64,000 bases of DNA from Pseudomonas fluorescens (GTDB taxonomy: Bacteria; Pseudomonadota; Alphaproteobacteria; UBA2136; UBA6156): the NCBI GenBank assembly GCA_003241595.1, contig QFOU01000001.1:2757-66756 (forward strand). The letters run 5' to 3'. The notes beneath the pieces were generated by a model. It ran no database searches, was not told the origin of the DNA, and was given only the letters and a program-made list of their open reading frames with translations. Below are positions 9,815-20,719 of the stretch, piece after piece. Each line of letters opens with the position of its first letter. Position 1 is the first letter of the stretch. Position numbers and translations under genes: made by a program.

Positions 9815-11545
9815 TTAGTGTTTAGAGACCTCCAGAGCTTCCAGTGTACCGATCTCGGAGCGGAGTTGTTGCGACTCGAAGGCTTCGCGTTCGGCACGGC
9901 CACTGGCGGATTTGTCGGTGAGCGACCCGATGATCGCACCGATAAAGGCCAGCGGGATGGAGATGAGTGCCGGGTATTCGTACGGGAACACCGGAGTGGC
10001 GTAACCGAAGATATTCACCCAAACCACGGGGCTGAGGATCACCAGACCCACGGCCGTCATGAGACCCAGCATACCGCCCAGCACCGCACCGGTGGTGGTC
10101 AGCTTCTTCCAGTAGGTGGAGAGCAGGATGATCGGGAAGTTGGTACTTGCGGCGATGGCGAAGGCCAGACCCACAAGGAACGCCACGTTCTGCTTTTGGA
10201 ACAGGATACCCAGACCGATGGCCAAGATACCAAGCACGATGGAAGCGGCACGGGAGACGCGCAGTTCTTCTTTCTCGGTGGCTTGCCCCTTACGGATGAC
10301 GTTGGCGTAGAGATCGTGGCTTACAGCCGTGGCACCGGCCAAGGCGAGGCCCGACACCACGGCCAGGATGGTGGCGAAGGCGACTGCGGAGATGAATCCG
10401 AAGAAGAGGTCTCCACCGGTGGCGTGAGCCAAGTGCACGGCGGCCATGTTCTTGCCCCCGATCAGACCACCGTCGGCGGCCAGGAAGGCGGGGTTGGTAC
10501 CCACCAGCACGATGGCACCGAAACCGATGATGAACGTGAGGATGTAGAAGTAGCCGATAAAGCCTGTGGCGACGAACACGGACTTACGCGCTTCCTTGGC
10601 GTCTTTCACAGTAAAGAAGCGCATGAGGATGTGCGGCAGACCGGCGGTACCCAACATGAGGGCCAGACCGAGCGACACGGCCGAGAACGGATCCTTCACC
10701 AGACCGCCCGGGGCCATGATGGCCGTCCCCTTGGCATGCACGGTGGTGGCCTGCGTGAACAAGTCGGCAATGTTGAAGTTGACGTGGAGCAGCACCATGA
10801 AGGCCATCACCGAAGCACCGACCAAGAGCAGTACGGCTTTGATGATCTGTACCCATGTGGTGGCCAGCATACCGCCGAAGGTGACGTAGAGCATCATCAG
10901 CACACCCACGATCACGACAGCGGTGGCATAGGGCAGACCGAAGAGCACCTCGATGAGCTGACCGGCACCGACCATCTGGGCGATGAGGTACAGCAGTACG
11001 GTGGCTAAGGAACCAAAGGCCGCAAGCGTACGTACGGGCTTTTGCTCGAGGCGGTAGGCGGCGACGTCGGCGAAGGTGTATTTCCCGAGGTTACGCAGGC
11101 GTTCGGCGACGAGGAACATCATCACCGGCCAACCCACAAGGAACCCGATGGAATAGATCAGACCATCGAACCCCGAGGTGAATACGAGGGCGGAAATACC
11201 GAGGAACGACGCGGCGGACATGTAGTCCCCGGCGATCGCCAGGCCGTTTTGCACACCGGAAACACCGCCCCCGGCGACGTAGAAGTCGGATGCCGTACGG
11301 TTTTTGCGGGCGGCCCAGTAGGTAATACCTAACGTGGCTCCCACGAATATCAGGAACATGGTAATGGCCGAGAGGTTCAGCGGTTGCTTGTCCATCTGGC
11401 CGGTGAGGGCATCCGCCAGCACGGGGTTAGTCAGCCCGAACGTGAGGAGTGCCGCGAACAGGCTCGCCAGCGAATACTTTCCGAGGCCGCCTGAGAAGAG
11501 TGATTTCATCATCTTATCCTTTGATTGCTCTTTATTTCGACGCAT
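9815..11545 (-). CDS. actP: Cation/acetate symporter ActP (sodium:solute symporter family)
   Basis: About 570 aa, 13-14 TM helices. SSF-family architecture. Directly preceded by and overlapping a DUF485 (YjcH-like) gene, the conserved actP partner. Confidence 0.85.
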   Translation of the reverse strand: MRRNKEQSKDKMMKSLFSGGLGKYSLASLFAALLTFGLTNPVLADALTGQMDKQPLNLSAITMFLIFVGATLGITYWAARKNRTASDFYVAGGGVSGVQNGLAIAGDYMSAASFLGISALVFTSGFDGLIYSIGFLVGWPVMMFLVAERLRNLGKYTFADVAAYRLEQKPVRTLAAFGSLATVLLYLIAQMVGAGQLIEVLFGLPYATAVVIVGVLMMLYVTFGGMLATTWVQIIKAVLLLVGASVMAFMVLLHVNFNIADLFTQATTVHAKGTAIMAPGGLVKDPFSAVSLGLALMLGTAGLPHILMRFFTVKDAKEARKSVFVATGFIGYFYILTFIIGFGAIVLVGTNPAFLAADGGLIGGKNMAAVHLAHATGGDLFFGFISAVAFATILAVVSGLALAGATAVSHDLYANVIRKGQATEKEELRVSRAASIVLGILAIGLGILFQKQNVAFLVGLAFAIAASTNFPIILLSTYWKKLTTTGAVLGGMLGLMTAVGLVILSPVVWVNIFGYATPVFPYEYPALISIPLAFIGAIIGSLTDKSASGRAEREAFESQQLRSEIGTLEALEVSKH

Positions 11546-11840
11546 TGCGCAGGGCTTCGCGGGCCTTCGCGGTCAGGGGGTCGAATACAGTGTTAGAGAT
11601 GCGTACGTAAATGCCGGTGAGCGCCATGGCCAAGAGGATCAGGCCGAGACCCAGCGGAATACCGAGGGTGATGGGGCTGCCTTCGGCAATCGGAGTACCC
11701 AACAGTTTGGGGTCGAACGCAATCAGCAAAATGAACGCGACATACGCCACGAGCATAATGAGGCTCATGACGATGGAAATGCGCCGCCGTCGGGTGACTA
11801 ACTCGACATAATGCGGGTTGGTGAGGAGGGAGTCGGACAT
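11532..11840 (-). CDS. DUF485 (YjcH-like) small inner-membrane protein
   Basis: 102 aa, two TM helices. Overlaps the actP start by 14 nt, the conserved yjcH-actP arrangement. Confidence 0.8.
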   Translation of the reverse strand: MSDSLLTNPHYVELVTRRRRISIVMSLIMLVAYVAFILLIAFDPKLLGTPIAEGSPITLGIPLGLGLILLAMALTGIYVRISNTVFDPLTAKAREALRNASK

Positions 11841-12108
11841 GGCATGGCCTTTCTGATGTCAAACGATTTGGTTGGGCAGGCTGCAGCGTCGAGGATACGG
11901 CGGGGGAGCCTTTGAAAATCTTACATGGCTCGCATGGGGTCGTGCAGGATTTTCTTCCGTAAAGCTTATGCAATACCGCGAGGAAATATCGGACTAGCAC
12001 CAGCCTGACATGAGAACCAATACTCATTAAATAATTTATGTTTCATACGCTTAATAAGCTTGTGCGGCGCAAAAGCTGGAGAGCTGATATGAGGTTTTAT
12101 GGCCGTGA

Positions 12109-14061
12109 ATGCAACTCTGGCAGCCAAGCGGCGTTAGTGGATTTATGAAACGTATTTTGAAGTACCTTGCATGGGGTTTGGGTGGCATTGTCGCTCTGTT
12201 GGCGTTGGCGATTGTGTTACTGACGCTGTTTGGCAATACGTGGTTTAGGGGCCCTGTTGAGCGGTTGGCGAGCCGTCAGCTGGAGCGTGAGGTCACTATC
12301 GACCGGTTGGCATTCCATTTGTTGAGCGTGACACCCGGCGTGAGTTTGGAAGGTGTGCGTATTGCCAACCCGACATGGGAAGCTGACAAGCGGCCGCTGA
12401 TGGCGCGCGCGGGCCGTTTTGACGTCGCCATACGCTTATGGCCATTGTTAAAGGGTGACCTAGTGATTGCACGCCTTGGCTTGGAAGAAGCGGATGTTGC
12501 CCTGGTGCGGCTGGCAGATGGTAAGGCCAACTGGAGTTTTGGTAATGCCAAACCCGAGACGGAGGCCACCACCACGACCCCCCTCGCCTTGCCTATCATT
12601 GAGCGAATGTATGTGCGGGACAGCAAGCTGAGCTTGCGCGATGCCGTGGCCAAGTTGAATTTTGACGGAGGATTTTCCACCGAGGAAATCGAAGCCAAGC
12701 GGGGTGAGCCGTTCACGTTAAGTGGAAAAGGTACGTTGAACACTCAACCCTTTAGTGTGGACTTGACCGGTGGAGCCTTGCGCGGCGTGCTGGAGAACGG
12801 TGCGGAAGTTGAGTATCCGTTCACGCTGGCGGTGAAGCATGGTGCCACTCAATTGGATGCCAAAGGCCATTTTGGTAACCTGATGGACTTTGATAGCTTA
12901 CAAGCCACGCCGGACTTGCGCGGCAATAATCTGGCTGATCTGTATTATATTACGGGACTGGCTCTGCCTTCCACCCGTGCTTACCGGTTACAGGGTGAGC
13001 TGAATCGGGATGGTAACCTCTACAAAATTACCAATTTACGTGGAAAGCTGGGTGGTAGCGACCTGAATGGGAATTTGAGCATTGATATTGGTGGGGCGAA
13101 GCCGTTGCTGGTGGCGGATTTGAACTCCCGCTCGCTCAACCCCGAAGATGCCGGTGTGATCTTTGGTGGAGAAGCGGCGTTGGAGGGTAAGACGCCCTAT
13201 CTGATTCCCGACAGCACACTGGAACTGAGCCGGTTGCGTGGCATGGATGCGCGCGTGACGTATCGTGCGGCCGCCATTCAGGTGGACACTTTACCATTAA
13301 AGGAAGTGTCGCTCAGTTTGCACCTCAAGGATGGTAAGATGGTGATTAGCCCGCTCGCGTTAACCCTGCCCCAAGGTATAGTCAGTTCTAGCCTGATCAT
13401 TGATGCCAGTCAGGATGTGCCGCCGATCACGTTAGATGCCCAGCTCAAAGGAACGCTGGATGACTTTGTAAAACAGGCTGGTCAGGAAGGTGCGCTGAGC
13501 GGCCCGTTGCTGGCACGGGTGACGATGCAGGGGCAAGGTACCTCCTTCCATGATGCCATGAGCGTGGCGGATGGTCAGGTGGGAATCGTCATTCCCAACG
13601 GTCAGGTCCGCAAGGCATTCGCCGAACTCCTGGGGGTGAATGCGCGAGGATTGGGACTTCTGTTTACCGGCAGCCAAACGCAAATTCCCATTCGTTGTGG
13701 CGTTGGCTCGTTTAATGTCAAAGATGGTGTCTTGCAGACGCGTCATCTGGTGGTTGACACCGAGGTCACGCGGGCCGATGGGGAAGGGTATGTGAACCTG
13801 AAGGATGAGAGCCTTCATCTGACCCTACGTGGAACCCCCAAAGAAGCGCGCTTGGTACGACTTTTGGTGCCTATTCGTATTGGCGGCACGCTGCTCAGCC
13901 CGGACGTGGGTGTCAAACCGCTACCGCTCGGTGTGCAAGCCGGTACGGCTGCCGCACTCAGTGCCGTACTGACACCGATTGCCGCCATCCTTCCGTTTGT
14001 GGATATCGGGCTAGCTGAAAATGCCGATTGTGCCGCACTGGTAGCCGATACCAAGCGTTAA
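12109..14061 (+). CDS. AsmA family outer-membrane biogenesis protein
   Basis: N-terminal TM anchor (MKRILKYLAWGLGGIVALLALAIVLL), then a long predicted beta-rich periplasmic region typical of the AsmA/TamB-like family. The likely true start is the ATG at about 12145. Confidence 0.7.
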   Translation: MQLWQPSGVSGFMKRILKYLAWGLGGIVALLALAIVLLTLFGNTWFRGPVERLASRQLEREVTIDRLAFHLLSVTPGVSLEGVRIANPTWEADKRPLMARAGRFDVAIRLWPLLKGDLVIARLGLEEADVALVRLADGKANWSFGNAKPETEATTTTPLALPIIERMYVRDSKLSLRDAVAKLNFDGGFSTEEIEAKRGEPFTLSGKGTLNTQPFSVDLTGGALRGVLENGAEVEYPFTLAVKHGATQLDAKGHFGNLMDFDSLQATPDLRGNNLADLYYITGLALPSTRAYRLQGELNRDGNLYKITNLRGKLGGSDLNGNLSIDIGGAKPLLVADLNSRSLNPEDAGVIFGGEAALEGKTPYLIPDSTLELSRLRGMDARVTYRAAAIQVDTLPLKEVSLSLHLKDGKMVISPLALTLPQGIVSSSLIIDASQDVPPITLDAQLKGTLDDFVKQAGQEGALSGPLLARVTMQGQGTSFHDAMSVADGQVGIVIPNGQVRKAFAELLGVNARGLGLLFTGSQTQIPIRCGVGSFNVKDGVLQTRHLVVDTEVTRADGEGYVNLKDESLHLTLRGTPKEARLVRLLVPIRIGGTLLSPDVGVKPLPLGVQAGTAAALSAVLTPIAAILPFVDIGLAENADCAALVADTKR

Positions 14062-14115
14062 AAAGCTGAAATATAGGGGTTCGCCTTTGTAAAAAGGTGT
14101 GCTAGGGGTGAGGGC

Positions 14116-15546
14116 ATGAATACTGACATCACTCTCCCCCAACGCCGTATGGCGAAAATTCTGGCCACCCTTGGCCCCAGCAGTTCCACCCAAGAGCAGA
14201 TCGCCGCATTGGTTGAAGCGGGCGCAAATGCGTTCCGTCTCAACTTCTCGCATGGTACGCTGGACGATCATGCCAGCCGTGTGAACGCCGCCCGTGCGGT
14301 TTCCGCCGCTACCGGCAAGCAACTACCTTTGCTGATGGACCTGCAGGGTCCGAAGATCCGTATTGGTGAAATGGCGGCTCCAGTTCAGTTGGAGCGTGGT
14401 GCCCAGCTGGTTCTGGACAACGACACCACTCCCGGTGATGGCACCCGCGTGTGCCTGCCGCACCCCCAAATTCTGGCCGTATTGCAAGTTGGCGATACCG
14501 TTATGGTCAACGATGGCGTGATTCAACTGCGCGTTATCGAAAAGCCCTCTGATACCAAAGCAGTGACCCAAGTTAAAGCTGGTGGCGCCCTTTCCAGCCG
14601 CAAGGGTGTGAACGTGCCGGGCCGTGCGTTGCCGATGTCGGCCATGACCGAGAAGGATATTAAAGATCTGGAAGGTGGCCTTGGTTTGGGTGTGGACTGG
14701 GTTGCCCTGTCCTTTGTCCAAACCGCGCAAGACGTGATTGAGTGCAAAGAGCGTATCAACGGCCGTGCCAAAGTGATGGCCAAGATCGAAACCCAAGCTG
14801 CCATTGAGAACCTCGCTGAGATTCTGGCCGAAGCTGACGGCCTGATGGTAGCCCGTGGCGACCTGGGTGTTGAGCTGCCGACCGAAGATGTTCCGCCGCT
14901 GCAAAAGCAGATGATCGACATGTGCCGCAAGGCTGGTAAGCCGGTAGTTGTGGCCACCCAGATGCTAGAATCCATGATCAGCAGCCCGCGCCCGACCCGC
15001 GCGGAAGCCAATGACGTAGCCAACGCCGCTTACGATGGTGCTGACTGCCTGATGCTTTCGGCTGAAAGTGCCAGCGGTATGTATCCGGTTGAAGCGATTG
15101 AGGTTATGTCCCGCATCATCACCAAGGCCGAGCATAGCTCGACCTGGCGTGCGGAACTGGATGCGCACCTGCCCTCTTGCGATAAAACCGCCGGTGATGC
15201 TGTTGCCCTTGCTGCCAGCAAGATGGCCGACACCTTGGGTGCCGCTGGCCTTATCGCCTTTACCGAAAGTGGCAAGAGCGTAGCCCGCTTGACCCGTCTA
15301 CGTTGCGCCGCCAGCGTAATCGCGTTGACCCCGCACCAGCAAGTTGCCCGTCAGGTTGAACTCAACTGGGGTGTAACCGGTTTGGTGTGCCCTCCGGTCA
15401 CCGACGCCGAGGACATGGTGGCCAAAGCCAAGACCCAAGCCAAGGCCAAGGGCCTGCTGGACAACGGCGAAATGCTGGTTGTTGTCGCTGGTGTTCCGTT
15501 TGGTAAAGCCGGTACCACCAACATGGTACGCGTGGTTCAGGCGTAA
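14116..15546 (+). CDS. pyk: Pyruvate kinase
   Basis: Motifs MAKILATLGP, NFSHG, MVARGDLGVE and the PK barrel/alpha-beta domain pattern. The likely start is the ATG at 14149 (MAKIL). Confidence 0.95.
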   Translation: MNTDITLPQRRMAKILATLGPSSSTQEQIAALVEAGANAFRLNFSHGTLDDHASRVNAARAVSAATGKQLPLLMDLQGPKIRIGEMAAPVQLERGAQLVLDNDTTPGDGTRVCLPHPQILAVLQVGDTVMVNDGVIQLRVIEKPSDTKAVTQVKAGGALSSRKGVNVPGRALPMSAMTEKDIKDLEGGLGLGVDWVALSFVQTAQDVIECKERINGRAKVMAKIETQAAIENLAEILAEADGLMVARGDLGVELPTEDVPPLQKQMIDMCRKAGKPVVVATQMLESMISSPRPTRAEANDVANAAYDGADCLMLSAESASGMYPVEAIEVMSRIITKAEHSSTWRAELDAHLPSCDKTAGDAVALAASKMADTLGAAGLIAFTESGKSVARLTRLRCAASVIALTPHQQVARQVELNWGVTGLVCPPVTDAEDMVAKAKTQAKAKGLLDNGEMLVVVAGVPFGKAGTTNMVRVVQA

Positions 15547-15560
15547 GCTATACCCATTAG

Positions 15561-15584
15561 AAAGGGGCCTGACGGCCCCTTTTT
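15561..15584. terminator. Bidirectional rho-independent terminator AAAGGGGCC-TGAC-GGCCCCTTTT between convergent pyk and the aminopeptidase gene
   Basis: Perfect GC-rich hairpin flanked by A/T runs in a 57 bp convergent intergenic gap. Confidence 0.75.
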
Positions 15585-15603
15585 GCACCTTATGCGGGAC
15601 TGT

Positions 15604-16839
15604 TTAAAACACCCACTCGCCTTTGCGCATGACCGGTTCGGTACGGCCATCGGCATGAACGCCGTCGATATCCACTTGGTCGGAACCAATCATCCAGTCG
15701 ACGTGGATGAGGCTTTGGTTACCGCCTTGGGCCCGAGCTTCCTCTTCGGTGAGGTTACTTTTGGCAAAGCACTCCGTGTAGCACTGCCCCAAGGCAATGT
15801 GGCAGGCGGCGTTTTCATCGAAGAGAGTTTCGTAGAAGATCAAGCCACTTTGCGAAATGGGCGACGAGTGCGGCACCAGCGCGACTTCTCCAAGACGGGA
15901 CGCGCCTTCGTCGGTGGCGATCAGCTTTTTGAAGACATCTTCGCCTTTGGCGGCAGAGGCTTCGATGATCTTACCGTCTTTAAAGGTGACGCGGATATCT
16001 TCAATCAGCGTGCCATTGAAGGACAGTGGCTTGGTGCTGGTGACGTGGCCATCGACACGATCAGCGTGCGGGGTGGTAAAGACTTCTTCCGTCGGGATAT
16101 TGGCTTGGCAGGTGCCGCCCAAGCGGGTGACCGAGGCACCGCCCTGCCATTTGTGGCCACGGGCGAGGCCCACGGTGAGATCGGTACCCGGACCAGTATA
16201 GTGGAGGGAATGGAAGTTCTTCTCGTTCAGCCAGTCGCGGCGGAAGGCGAGGTTGGCGCTGTGGACTTTCCAATCCGCAGCCGGGTTCTCGCCATTGACG
16301 CGTGAGGTGGCGAAGATAGCTTCGGCCAGTTTGGCGACGGCAGTATCTTCCGGCTCGTTCGGGAACATGACCTTGGCCCAGGCTTTGGTGGGATAGGCGA
16401 CGATCGACCACGGAATGGACAGGCTGGTGATGTACTCCATGGCCGGTTTGGCGGCGATGGAGCGGGCCTTATTCATGCGCATGATCTTGGAGGAATCCTG
16501 TCCGTTCAGCAGGAAGGGGTCGGAGCCGACGATACTGAGGCGGGCGGCACCGGATTTGTAGGCTTCGGCCTGCGCATTGAAGAGCCATGGTGTGGTGGCA
16601 TCGAAGCTTTCCTCGCGCCCGTGCTGGAGACGGAGAAGTGCGGCTTGATCATCGGCATAGAAGGTTGTGACGATGCTGGCACCGGCCTTGTAGGCTTCGG
16701 CAGTGATCAGGCGCACCAAGGGTAACGCCTCGATGGGGGCAGCTATAATCAGTTCTTGTCCGGGTTGGAGTTCGACACCGACATTGACGGCGGTGTGGGC
16801 GAGTTTGGCCAGTTTGGCTGGGTCTATATTATATGTCAT
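15604..16839 (-). CDS. Aminopeptidase, peptidase M29 family (AmpS/PepS-like)
   Basis: About 410 aa with conserved M29 thermophilic-aminopeptidase blocks (GEVALVPHSSPIS, FYETLFDENAACHIALG, WMIGSD). Confidence 0.8.
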   Translation of the reverse strand: MTYNIDPAKLAKLAHTAVNVGVELQPGQELIIAAPIEALPLVRLITAEAYKAGASIVTTFYADDQAALLRLQHGREESFDATTPWLFNAQAEAYKSGAARLSIVGSDPFLLNGQDSSKIMRMNKARSIAAKPAMEYITSLSIPWSIVAYPTKAWAKVMFPNEPEDTAVAKLAEAIFATSRVNGENPAADWKVHSANLAFRRDWLNEKNFHSLHYTGPGTDLTVGLARGHKWQGGASVTRLGGTCQANIPTEEVFTTPHADRVDGHVTSTKPLSFNGTLIEDIRVTFKDGKIIEASAAKGEDVFKKLIATDEGASRLGEVALVPHSSPISQSGLIFYETLFDENAACHIALGQCYTECFAKSNLTEEEARAQGGNQSLIHVDWMIGSDQVDIDGVHADGRTEPVMRKGEWVF

Positions 16840-16924
16840 GCGCGTATAATCCCGCTGATGGCGGCTGCGGTCAACAATTCGTGCTTGCGGGACTTAGCTT
16901 TAGCCGTTATAGAGGTGGCCGTGC

Positions 16925-17012
16925 GGAGATGTGGCCGAGTGGTTTAAGGCGCTCGCCTGGAAAGCGTGTTGGGGGCAACCCCTCGGAGGTTCGAATCCTC
17001 TCATCTCCGCCA
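16925..17012 (+). tRNA. tRNA-Ser (anticodon GGA), type II with long variable arm, CCA encoded
   Basis: Cloverleaf folded by hand. Acceptor GGAGATG/CATCTCC, D-arm GCC-GAGTGGTTTAA-GGC, anticodon loop CTGGAAA, 16-nt variable stem-loop, T-arm GGAGG-TTCGAAT-CCTCT, discriminator G plus CCA. One U-U mismatch in the anticodon stem. Closely parallels E. coli tRNA-Ser(GGA). Confidence 0.85.
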
Positions 17013-17163
17013 AAGTTTTTCTTCTCCTCATTACTCCCCCTCTCTTCCGCTACCTGATAACTTTGCTGCGGATGCCACATATCCCCTCATCAAGTGTGGG
17101 TACTCGCTTGAAGCCTGCGGAGGCATGGTCTAGGGTTGTGGGAAATAAACGGAACCCCTTGAG

Positions 17164-18132
17164 TTGAAAACGCTCCTTTCTCTTATGTGTGTCTTTGGTC
17201 TTATGGCCTTTGGTAGTGCCTATGGCGCTGAATCCATCCACCCCGGTGGCTTCCCCTCTCCCGTTGGCCCCGTGGCCAATGAAATCGGTTGGCTCTATAA
17301 CCTGCTGTTCATTATCATTGCCGTGGTAGCATTGGTCGTGGCGATCCCGATCGTTTACATCCTCTGGCGCTACCGCCGCACCAAGGTTGCCAAGCCTGCC
17401 ACGTTTAGCCACAGCCTTGTGCTGGAACTGATCTGGACGACCATTCCAGCCTTGATCTGTGTGGCTATCGCCTTCTTTAGCTACAAGGCGATGGTGATGA
17501 TCCGCACCATGCCGGAAGATGCGATGAACGTGGAAGTTGTGGCCTACCAGTTCGGTTGGGACTTTTACTATCCGGACGTGAGCCAAGCCGATAAGCATGT
17601 CTCGGCGCCTGAACCAACGACCGATGACTCCGAAGTGAGTTTGCCCGGCGCGCCCCGTCAGACCAAGACATTGGTTGTACCCGTTGGCAAACCCATCGTT
17701 CTGCACGTAACGGCGCAAGATGTGATTCACGCCTTCTTTGTGCCTCACCTTGGTGTGAAAATCGATGCCATTCCTGGTCGTATCAACTACGCCTGGTTTA
17801 CTGCGACCGAACCGGGTGACTGGTTAGGACAGTGCGCTGAACTTTGTGGACAAGCGCATGGCGAAATGTTCTTTAGAGTTAAGGCCGTTCCGCAAGCTGA
17901 ATTCGATGCCTTTATTGCCGCCCGCAAGGCTGAGGCCGGTGTAGAAGATGTCGTTGTTTCCGACACTGTTGCCGTTGAAGCTGAAGGCGTTTCTGGTACC
18001 GTTACTGTTCCGGCAGATCCTGCTAAAAGCATGGTGCATGCAGTTGCAGCCATTGCCTCGGCGACCGTTCCCGCGGTTAAGACTCCGGTTCCTGCTCCTG
18101 TAGACACCTCTGTAACAGAGCCAACCCATTAG
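17164..18132 (+). CDS. coxB: Cytochrome c oxidase subunit II (CuA centre) with Ala/Val/Pro-rich C-terminal tail
   Basis: Signal peptide plus two TM helices. CuA ligand motif H...CAELCGQAHGEM. No subunit I gene follows it. Start codon ambiguous (TTG 17164 or ATG 17185/17203). Confidence 0.8.
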   Translation: MKTLLSLMCVFGLMAFGSAYGAESIHPGGFPSPVGPVANEIGWLYNLLFIIIAVVALVVAIPIVYILWRYRRTKVAKPATFSHSLVLELIWTTIPALICVAIAFFSYKAMVMIRTMPEDAMNVEVVAYQFGWDFYYPDVSQADKHVSAPEPTTDDSEVSLPGAPRQTKTLVVPVGKPIVLHVTAQDVIHAFFVPHLGVKIDAIPGRINYAWFTATEPGDWLGQCAELCGQAHGEMFFRVKAVPQAEFDAFIAARKAEAGVEDVVVSDTVAVEAEGVSGTVTVPADPAKSMVHAVAAIASATVPAVKTPVPAPVDTSVTEPTH

Positions 18133-18137
18133 GACAC

Positions 18138-18165
18138 AAAAAAGCCCTCCTGATGGAGGGCTTTT
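18138..18165. terminator. Bidirectional terminator AAAAAGCCCTCC-TGAT-GGAGGGCTTTT between coxB and rsmE
   Basis: Perfect 12 bp stem with flanking A/T runs in a convergent 43 bp gap. Confidence 0.75.
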
Positions 18166-18175
18166 CAGGCGCCTT

Positions 18176-18853
18176 CTAACTCCCTAATCGAGCCAGACCT
18201 GCGACCACCGCCGTATCAGTGCGCAGAATGGTTGGCCCAAGCGTAAAGGGGCGAATAAGCGGATGCACATTCAACTGAGCAATTTCTTCAGGAGCGAAGC
18301 CGCCTTCAGGACCGATGAGAATCGCGGTCGGCAATTCAGCAGAAGAGGCTGGTGGAGTGGTAGCGAGACGCTCATACGCCCACAGGCAGGGAGAGGTCAG
18401 CCCGGCGAGGAAATCGGATAGTTCGGTGACCGGCAGCAAAGTCGGCAGTGTGTTACGTTCGCATTGCTCGGCTGCTTCAACCAGATGCAAATGCGCTCGC
18501 TCTGCATTAATACGCCCGACCTGAGCAAAGCGGGTTTTAATAGGAACAATACTGGTCGCACCCATTTCGGTTGCCTGACGGAGAGCTGAGTCCCACGCTT
18601 CTCGCTTGGGAATACCAAGAGCCAAGATCTTGGTTGGCAATGCAGGCTTCTCCGGCAAAATCGCCTCTATGTGAGCGGTACGGCACTTAGCATCGGTAAT
18701 AGTTGCGACAGCCGCGATTCCTGTTCCATCAAACAGGTGGATCTTATCGCCCATGCCCATACGCATGACCCGATAGAGGCGGTGCTGAATATCTTCAGTC
18801 AGAGTTACCATGGCGTCAGGCGCCAGCGGGACAGGGAGATAGATGCGCTTCAT
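18176..18853 (-). CDS. rsmE: 16S rRNA (uracil1498-N3)-methyltransferase RsmE
   Basis: 225 aa. N-terminal PUA-like region, C-terminal SPOUT knot motifs (ILIGPEGGF, RLGPTILRTDTA). Confidence 0.8.
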   Translation of the reverse strand: MKRIYLPVPLAPDAMVTLTEDIQHRLYRVMRMGMGDKIHLFDGTGIAAVATITDAKCRTAHIEAILPEKPALPTKILALGIPKREAWDSALRQATEMGATSIVPIKTRFAQVGRINAERAHLHLVEAAEQCERNTLPTLLPVTELSDFLAGLTSPCLWAYERLATTPPASSAELPTAILIGPEGGFAPEEIAQLNVHPLIRPFTLGPTILRTDTAVVAGLARLGS

Positions 18854-18907
18854 GGCCTAGCGGTAGCAGATTTTGAAGAATGTGACTATGTGGGCGTGCG
18901 GCCGGGC

Positions 18908-19891
18908 TTAGTCGCTGTGCGGAACCGTAACTTCGGAGAAGCTTTGCAGCCGCGGGCCTAATTGCAGAACAACTGCACGTCCAAGTTGATGCCCTTGTTG
19001 CAGCGCCAGTTGAGCACTTCCTCCGCCCGTAAAGATATGCAGGAACCCTGCTGCAAAGGCATCGCCAGCCCCTGTCAGATCGGTGGGCTTCGGAATGGGC
19101 TGGGTGGGACTGTCTACAACCGGACCTTTGTCAGCAGCATAATAAGCAGCACCATTTCCGCTCCGTGTAATCACGCGCTCAACAGATTCCAATTTTTTCG
19201 CCATGTGTGCATCATTCCCACCCAGCAGGAGTTCCCACTCAGATTGATTACCAATAACCAGTGGATTGTAAGTTGAGATAATATCAGTCAGCACTGGTAA
19301 CGCCGCCTGCACAGCGCGCGGCGAGGCCAAAGATACAATAAGGCGAGTTCCCGCAGCCGCAGCAACCTTTGCCGCATATACAGCCGCGGCCGGATGAGAT
19401 CCTGCAACATAGGCCTCAATGACCAAGAAGTGAGACTGTTCGATCAAGTTGTCGTCCACCCAACTGTCATCACTACTGGGTGGTGGTGGAAGACATTGCA
19501 CCATCGTGCGCGTGCCATCGGCGGAGAGCAGTGTAAAGATATCGGTTGTACGACTTGTCGTTAATGCGGGCGTGAGAGTAACACCTGCCGCGAGCATATC
19601 TTCGATAAAGAACCGACCGGTAGGGTCTGCGCCGATCTGCCCCAGAAAGGCAACCTTGCTCCCCAACTTTGCAAGTGTGTAAGCCGTGTTGGCCCCAGCA
19701 CCGCCTGCGCGGAACTGCTCTACAGTAATGGCATTGCTGAGATCCAACATCTGAGCATGACTTAGCGTATTGCTATCGCCCTTGCGCAGATTGAATTGAC
19801 TGATAAGCGTATCATCCACGTGGGCTATACCATCGACAACCGCGTTGCCGAGCACTGCGAAACTGTAATTACGTGTAGTCACCATACCCAA
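18908..19891 (-). CDS. PfkB-family carbohydrate/nucleoside kinase (ribokinase-like)
   Basis: N-terminal GG motif (AVLGNAVVD). C-terminal DTTGAGDAF-type anion-hole motif (DLTGAGDAFAAGFLH). Confidence 0.8.
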   Translation of the reverse strand: MGMVTTRNYSFAVLGNAVVDGIAHVDDTLISQFNLRKGDSNTLSHAQMLDLSNAITVEQFRAGGAGANTAYTLAKLGSKVAFLGQIGADPTGRFFIEDMLAAGVTLTPALTTSRTTDIFTLLSADGTRTMVQCLPPPPSSDDSWVDDNLIEQSHFLVIEAYVAGSHPAAAVYAAKVAAAAGTRLIVSLASPRAVQAALPVLTDIISTYNPLVIGNQSEWELLLGGNDAHMAKKLESVERVITRSGNGAAYYAADKGPVVDSPTQPIPKPTDLTGAGDAFAAGFLHIFTGGGSAQLALQQGHQLGRAVVLQLGPRLQSFSEVTVPHSD

Positions 19892-20719
19892 ATTGTGGCC
19901 ATAGAATGCCGAAATGTCTAGTTATTCTTGATGGTTAGCGGAAGATTGCGTTTTTAAAATAAAATGACTCTGAGTTTATAAGAATTTAAAACTGCTTTTA
20001 AACCTGTTTTACGAAGTCAAATCTTGAGTATTTTTTAGAGGTTTTTGGCATGTTTTAGACAACGCTACCGCCACCTATGGGGGCGATGTGAGATGTTGCA
20101 ATATGTTGGCTTGAGCCAGTTCAAATGTGTGTTTTCGCCGCCACAGGGCTAGTTCTGATAATCAAATTTTATATCGCGTATAAAGCTGCCCTTAGGCAGA
20201 GAGCGGGTTTACACCCTTTTTTGGCTTTGAAATCGGCCTGGAAAACGAGATGAATGCGTCTGTCAGTTTTGTTTAGTCAGTTGAATAATTGGGAAAATGT
20301 TCTTGTTATATGCTTCTGTATTTAAGAATGACATTTCACCTTTAAAATGACAAGTGACCAGCTTTTCACGGAGACTCTATTGTGCTCTTAGAGCCGCGTG
20401 ATTCAACCACCACCGCCGTGAAACAACACCCTCTATATACGCCATCTCAAACGCGTCAAATGCATACAATAAGAATACAGTTTACATGCTCTTGAACGAC
20501 TCCTTCCCCAGAGTTATCCCCTGTGCATAACCCTGTGAATCCTTTTCAACAAAGCATTTACCCTCCCATCTCAGATGTAAGACACTTTAAGCCACCTTCT
20601 TTTAATTCTTGTCTTATATTTAGCAGGTGAATTCGTTTTCAAACGACCTTTTTCCGTGAAACTCTGAAAAAGTATATATACATTTACATACGTGCACACA
20701 TTGAAGGCAGAACTGGGGA
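19892..20719. other. 828 bp AT-rich (about 38% GC) tract with no ORF of 60 aa or more; probable promoter/regulatory or horizontally acquired DNA at the edge of a lower-GC islet
   Basis: Sharp compositional drop relative to the roughly 60% GC flanks. No ORF in any frame in the supplied track. Precedes the lower-GC GT4 gene. Confidence 0.6.

Noticed and set aside
9818-11008. 396 aa plus-strand Asp/Glu/His/Gly-rich ORF
   Set aside because: Antisense to the well-supported actP permease. Composition is typical of reverse-frame translation of a GC-rich membrane protein gene.
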